A stretch of 63,599 nt of DNA from a virus, in the IMG/VR virus record IMGVR_UViG_3300045988_069679, positions 1-63,599 of that record. The stretch is one strand, 5' to 3'. The notes under the pieces are model-generated. The model searched no databases and was not told where the DNA came from. It was given only the letters and a program-made list of their open reading frames with translations. Shown here one piece after another: positions 59,838 to 63,599 of the stretch (position 1 is its first letter; each line of letters begins with the position of its first letter). A program made the position numbers and the translations under genes.

Positions 59838-62800
59838 CTACCCTTTCTTCTGAACTTTGTAAGAGTTAATTGAAGCAGTCACACCAGTGAATGTAGCTTC
59901 TACATAACCTTGCTCAACTCCACCTTTAGAGATTGAGATTCTAGCTGGCTCTGTACCTTGCAACTCAGCTAGGCTAAGTGCTTTACGGTATTTAACCACT
60001 TCATTTTCATTCTCTGGTTCATATACAAGGAAGGCTTTCACAGTAGAACCTGTATAGAAGAACTCTACATACACAAACTCATTGATAGAATTTCTGTGTG
60101 AACCTTGAATTTCATCTCCAGTAGTACCAGAGTTGAATCCAACCTTACCTGCCACAGTAGTTTCTTCACCACCAAATGGTGATTTAACTTTAGCTGAGAC
60201 ATTACCAGTGAGGACTAACTCTTTAAGTGGGTCAGTAGTTGCTTCTGATGCTAGGTTGATTACACCCTCACCTTGACTTAATGTCACAGCTTTGGTAGTT
60301 TTAGCTAGTTCATATTCAACTTCTGGTTTATTTTCAAGAACTTCAACTCTACCTCTAAGAGCACTATCATCATAGGCTACTGATACAGTATCATTGTCTG
60401 TGAATGAGACTTCTTTGTTATCACCATTTACCATAGTGTAAGTCAACTTCACAGTGTTACCTTCTCTTGATACACCTACGTTAGAGACAAAGTTATCAGT
60501 CTTACCTTCAAGAGCAGTAATCTTGTCACGTAACTCTTTATCATTATAGACTGTATCTTTATCCTCTTTAGTCTCAAGGGCTGTCAATCTAGCAGTCACA
60601 GCAGAGTCATCATAGATTGTATCCTTGTCAGGTTTAGCTTTAAGAGCTTCAACGTCTTTAGTCAAGGTGTTAATCTTGTTCTCATGCTCATCTACCATAT
60701 TGTCAGTAGTAGCAATGCTATCCTTGTTAGCTTGGATAAGCTTCTTAACTTCTGTATCATCATACACTGTATCTTTATCAGGCTTAGTTTCCAAAGCTGA
60801 GATACGAGCATCTAGTGCTGTGTCTTTGTCAGTCAACTCAGATACTTTAGTTTTCAAAGCTGAATCATCATAGATAGTGTCTTTATCTTCTTTAGATTCA
60901 AGAGCACCAATACGGTTTTCCAACTCAGTATTCTTAGTATCTTGTGCTTGTTTATTGTTATCTGCTTTTGTATCTACAGCTTGAATCTGAGCTTTAACCT
61001 CAGCATCATTGTAGATTGTGTCTTTGTCTTCTTTAGCTTCTAAAGCAGTAAGACGTTCTTTCACAGCAGTGTCGTCATAAGCAAGAGTTACTGTATCAGA
61101 ATCTTCAAACTCAACCTCTTTGTTAGAACCATCAACATAACTATAAGTCAATTTGACTTTTTTACCTTCTTTGTTCACAGAGACACCAGATACAAAGTTA
61201 TCTGTTTTAGCTTTGAGTGTGTTGATTTCATTAGTCAACTCTTGGTCTTTGTTAGCCAATTCTGTGTCTTTAGCCTTAAGCTCTTCCACACTAGCTTTCA
61301 AAGCACTGTCATCATATTTAGGAAGGGTAACTGCATTACCTCCACTGATTGACAATGTATGGTCTTCAAGACTAAGAGTTTGATTATCATTATCAACCTT
61401 GTTTTCCAAGGCAGTAATCTTACCTTCAATCTCTTTGTCTTTAGCATCAAGCTCTGCATTTTTAGCATCTTGTGCTTCTTTGTTAGCAGGAACAGTAGTC
61501 TCAAGAGCAGTAACTCTACCAGCAAGAGCTGTATCATCATATACAGTATCTTTATCTGGTTTAACTTCTAAGGCTTGGATTCTATTTTCAAGCTCAGTGT
61601 TCTTACCATCTTGAGTAGTCTTGTTACCATCTACCTTGCTCTCTAAGGCTGTAATTTGCCCTCTGACAGCACTATCATCATAGATGGTATCTTTGTCTTC
61701 CTTGTTCTCTAAAGCTTCAAGACGAGCGTCTGTGTGCGTTCTAAGGGCAGTTAAGTCATTCTCAACTCCTTGGATTGCATTTTCATTAGCTTTGATACCT
61801 TGCTTAACTTCTGTGTCATTGTAGATAGTATCTTTATCTTCCTTGTCTTCCAAGGCTTTGATACGAGTCTTCAATGGTTCATCATCATAGGCAAGGGTAA
61901 CAGTATCACTATCCTCAAACTCTACTTCACTAGAAGAACCGTCCACACGAGAGTAAGTAAGTTTTACCTTACCATCAGCCTTAGACACAGCAACATTATT
62001 GATAAAGTTATCTGTTCTATTTTCAAGGGCTGTAATCTTCTCATCTTGTGCTGTATTCTTAGCTTCGATTTCAGTAAGTTTATTCTCAACTACTGGTTTA
62101 GCTTCTTCAAGAACATTCACACGAGTGGTAAGAGCATCATTCTTACCTTCTAAGAAGTTCTTCACAGACTCAGTATAGTCATTAGCTTGTTTAATACTCT
62201 CTTTCACAGAAGAGTCATCATATTGTGGTAGGTCAACTTCATTACCATTAGAGATAGAAAGTTTGTTACCAGCAATAGCCAATGTCTGTTTGTCTGAATC
62301 TTCCTTAGATTCCAAAGCCTTAACTCTTGTATCAAGTCCTTGTGCTTTGTGGTCAATCAAGTCAACTGTTTTACCAAGAGTTTCACCCAATGTTTCAAGA
62401 GCAGTTTCTACTTCTGCATCTTTCTTCTTAAGGGCTTCAATCTCAGTATCTTGTGAACCATCTTTCTCAGCTTGTGCTTTAGATTTACCCTCAGCATCTT
62501 TAGCCAATTTGTCAGTTCTATTCTCAAGCTCAGTCACAGCATTAGTAATGTCTTCTACCTCTGTGTGTACTGCTTTGACTTCTTCCTCAAGTCCACCATC
62601 TAGGAGTTTAAGTTGGTCATTAATTTCATTAATTGAGTTATCTAGCTCACTAGTCAACTCTTTCAAGCCTTGAGAATCTTTTTGTAAGTCTGCAATAGCC
62701 TTACCATGCTCTTCATCTAGGTGTTGCACAGACTCATTTAAGTCTTTAACAGACTCTCCTAAGTCATCAAGAGCACCATCTTGACGTTCATTCTCTTTCT

Positions 62801-63353
62801 TAAGCTCAAGAACTTTAGCATCAATAAGGTCTACTGTTTTCTCAACAGCCTTACCTACAGCTTCTAGAGCATCATCTACTTGGTCATCATGAGCTTTCAA
62901 AGCTTCTAACTTAGTGTCTTGCTCAGAGTCTTTAGCTTCAATAGCTGAAAGTTTAGCATCATGCACAGCATCTTTAGCTTCCAAAGCAGATACTTTAGTA
63001 TCCAACTCTTTGTCTTTAGCTGTCAATGAATCTAATACTGCTTGGAATGAAGGAGAAGTAGTCACAGTGAACGTTACATCACCATTCTCATTATGCACTT
63101 CTTTCTTCACAGTGATTAGACCTTCACCTACTACATCAATTACTTGTGGAGACAAGTCAATGGCATCATAGCCACTTCTGTCAGGACGTAGTACATAAGC
63201 ACGTTTGTCTTGACCTGCATTGTCTTTAGGCACAAGGTAGATATAGTTTAGTTCAGCTGTTTCTTTAGGAGGTAGCTCACCAACAATCTTAACGATTGGG
63301 TCTTTTTTAAGTAGCTCCATTAAGCAACCTAAACCAACTTTAACTTTTGTCAT
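59838..63353 (-). CDS. Long repetitive fibre protein (1171 aa)
   Basis: ATGA overlap with the lysin stop. Many ALE(A/N/T)K.DKDT(I/V)YDD heptad-like repeats, three copies of a 60-aa NF(I/V)(N/S)xVxVxxxGxxVKLTY...FED(S/N)DTV module, LSISGGNAVTLP repeats. Confidence 0.85.
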   Translation of the reverse strand: MTKVKVGLGCLMELLKKDPIVKIVGELPPKETAELNYIYLVPKDNAGQDKRAYVLRPDRSGYDAIDLSPQVIDVVGEGLITVKKEVHNENGDVTFTVTTSPSFQAVLDSLTAKDKELDTKVSALEAKDAVHDAKLSAIEAKDSEQDTKLEALKAHDDQVDDALEAVGKAVEKTVDLIDAKVLELKKENERQDGALDDLGESVKDLNESVQHLDEEHGKAIADLQKDSQGLKELTSELDNSINEINDQLKLLDGGLEEEVKAVHTEVEDITNAVTELENRTDKLAKDAEGKSKAQAEKDGSQDTEIEALKKKDAEVETALETLGETLGKTVDLIDHKAQGLDTRVKALESKEDSDKQTLAIAGNKLSISNGNEVDLPQYDDSSVKESIKQANDYTESVKNFLEGKNDALTTRVNVLEEAKPVVENKLTEIEAKNTAQDEKITALENRTDNFINNVAVSKADGKVKLTYSRVDGSSSEVEFEDSDTVTLAYDDEPLKTRIKALEDKEDKDTIYNDTEVKQGIKANENAIQGVENDLTALRTHTDARLEALENKEDKDTIYDDSAVRGQITALESKVDGNKTTQDGKNTELENRIQALEVKPDKDTVYDDTALAGRVTALETTVPANKEAQDAKNAELDAKDKEIEGKITALENKVDNDNQTLSLEDHTLSISGGNAVTLPKYDDSALKASVEELKAKDTELANKDQELTNEINTLKAKTDNFVSGVSVNKEGKKVKLTYSYVDGSNKEVEFEDSDTVTLAYDDTAVKERLTALEAKEDKDTIYNDAEVKAQIQAVDTKADNNKQAQDTKNTELENRIGALESKEDKDTIYDDSALKTKVSELTDKDTALDARISALETKPDKDTVYDDTEVKKLIQANKDSIATTDNMVDEHENKINTLTKDVEALKAKPDKDTIYDDSAVTARLTALETKEDKDTVYNDKELRDKITALEGKTDNFVSNVGVSREGNTVKLTYTMVNGDNKEVSFTDNDTVSVAYDDSALRGRVEVLENKPEVEYELAKTTKAVTLSQGEGVINLASEATTDPLKELVLTGNVSAKVKSPFGGEETTVAGKVGFNSGTTGDEIQGSHRNSINEFVYVEFFYTGSTVKAFLVYEPENENEVVKYRKALSLAELQGTEPARISISKGGVEQGYVEATFTGVTASINSYKVQKKG

Positions 63354-63599
63354 TTAGTTTCTCCTTTTTGGATTTTAATAATACCATCTTTGTCCGTTGT
63401 GAATGTTCCATTAGTGTTCATCACACCATCATTATCCACAAAATACCAACCATCTCTACCCTTCACAAAGGTGTTTGTTTGCATATCACCATTAGCTGGG
63501 TCTAGATAGTACCACTTCTCTTTGTCTTTTAACCAACCAGTCTTCATAGCACCTTGTTCTTGGAAATAATACCACTTTCCTCCAACATTTTTCCAGCCA
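63350..63599 (-). CDS. Endolysin, 3' part (choline-binding repeats); continuation of 774..1. Bases 63545-63599 duplicate 1-55.
   Basis: ORF track fragment MKTGWLKDKEKWYYLDPANGDMQTNTFVKGRDGWYFVDNDG shows GW..WYY choline-binding repeats, in frame with the 1..774 translation. Confidence 0.9.
   Translation of the reverse strand, partial: GWKNVGGKWYYFQEQGAMKTGWLKDKEKWYYLDPANGDMQTNTFVKGRDGWYFVDNDGVMNTNGTFTTDKDGIIKIQKGETK
63545..63599. repeat. Terminal overlap, copy 2 (identical to 1..55)
   Basis: Read directly. Confidence 0.9.

Noticed and set aside
50139-63353. Diversity-generating retroelement acting on the repeated fibre modules
   Set aside because: No reverse transcriptase ORF occurs anywhere in the window, and I saw no template/variable repeat pair with adenine-specific differences. 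The repeats look like ordinary module duplication.

Overview
The window is a complete, circularly closed genome of a tailed dsDNA phage. Bases 1-55 repeat at 63545-63599, so the unique length is 63,544 bp. The host is inferred to be a choline-containing mitis-group Streptococcus, because the endolysin is a LytA-like amidase with choline-binding repeats. That gene is split across the window junction and is missing from the ORF track.

There are two transcription blocks:
- Plus-strand early/replication block (about 25.0-50.1 kb): many small ORFs, two tandem arrays of paralogous small proteins, an M28-like hydrolase, a wHTH protein, prim-pol/helicase, family A DNA polymerase, PD-(D/E)XK nuclease, DHFR, dUTPase, Sak4-like ATPase and an SSB-like protein.
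- Minus-strand late block, running 24.7 kb -> 1 -> wrap -> 63.5 -> 50.1 kb: leaderless RuvC, tRNA-Arg(UCU), tRNA-Cys(GCA), MuF-like protein, TerL, portal, protease/scaffold, capsid, neck, 451-aa putative tail tube, 1473-aa tape measure, Dit, Tal, tail lysozyme, CHAP hydrolase, holin candidate and lysin. A 13-kb cassette of about 14 fibre / receptor-binding-type genes follows.

I recognised no integrase, reverse transcriptase, CRISPR array or transposase.

Most noteworthy observations:
1. A gene in the fibre cassette is interrupted by an A9 tract five codons after its start.
2. A (TA)10 tract abuts another fibre-cassette start codon.
3. A Cys-rich (CxCxC...WC) adaptor-domain family and generally Cys-rich virion proteins occur alongside a phage tRNA-Cys.
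4. Nine small early proteins in two unrelated tandem arrays all end in aromatic-aromatic-[VI].
5. An inverted duplicated regulatory cassette (promoter, about 110 nt, hairpin-U tract, second promoter) brackets an 8.7-kb early module.

Functional calls rest on motif recognition by eye and were not verified by database search.
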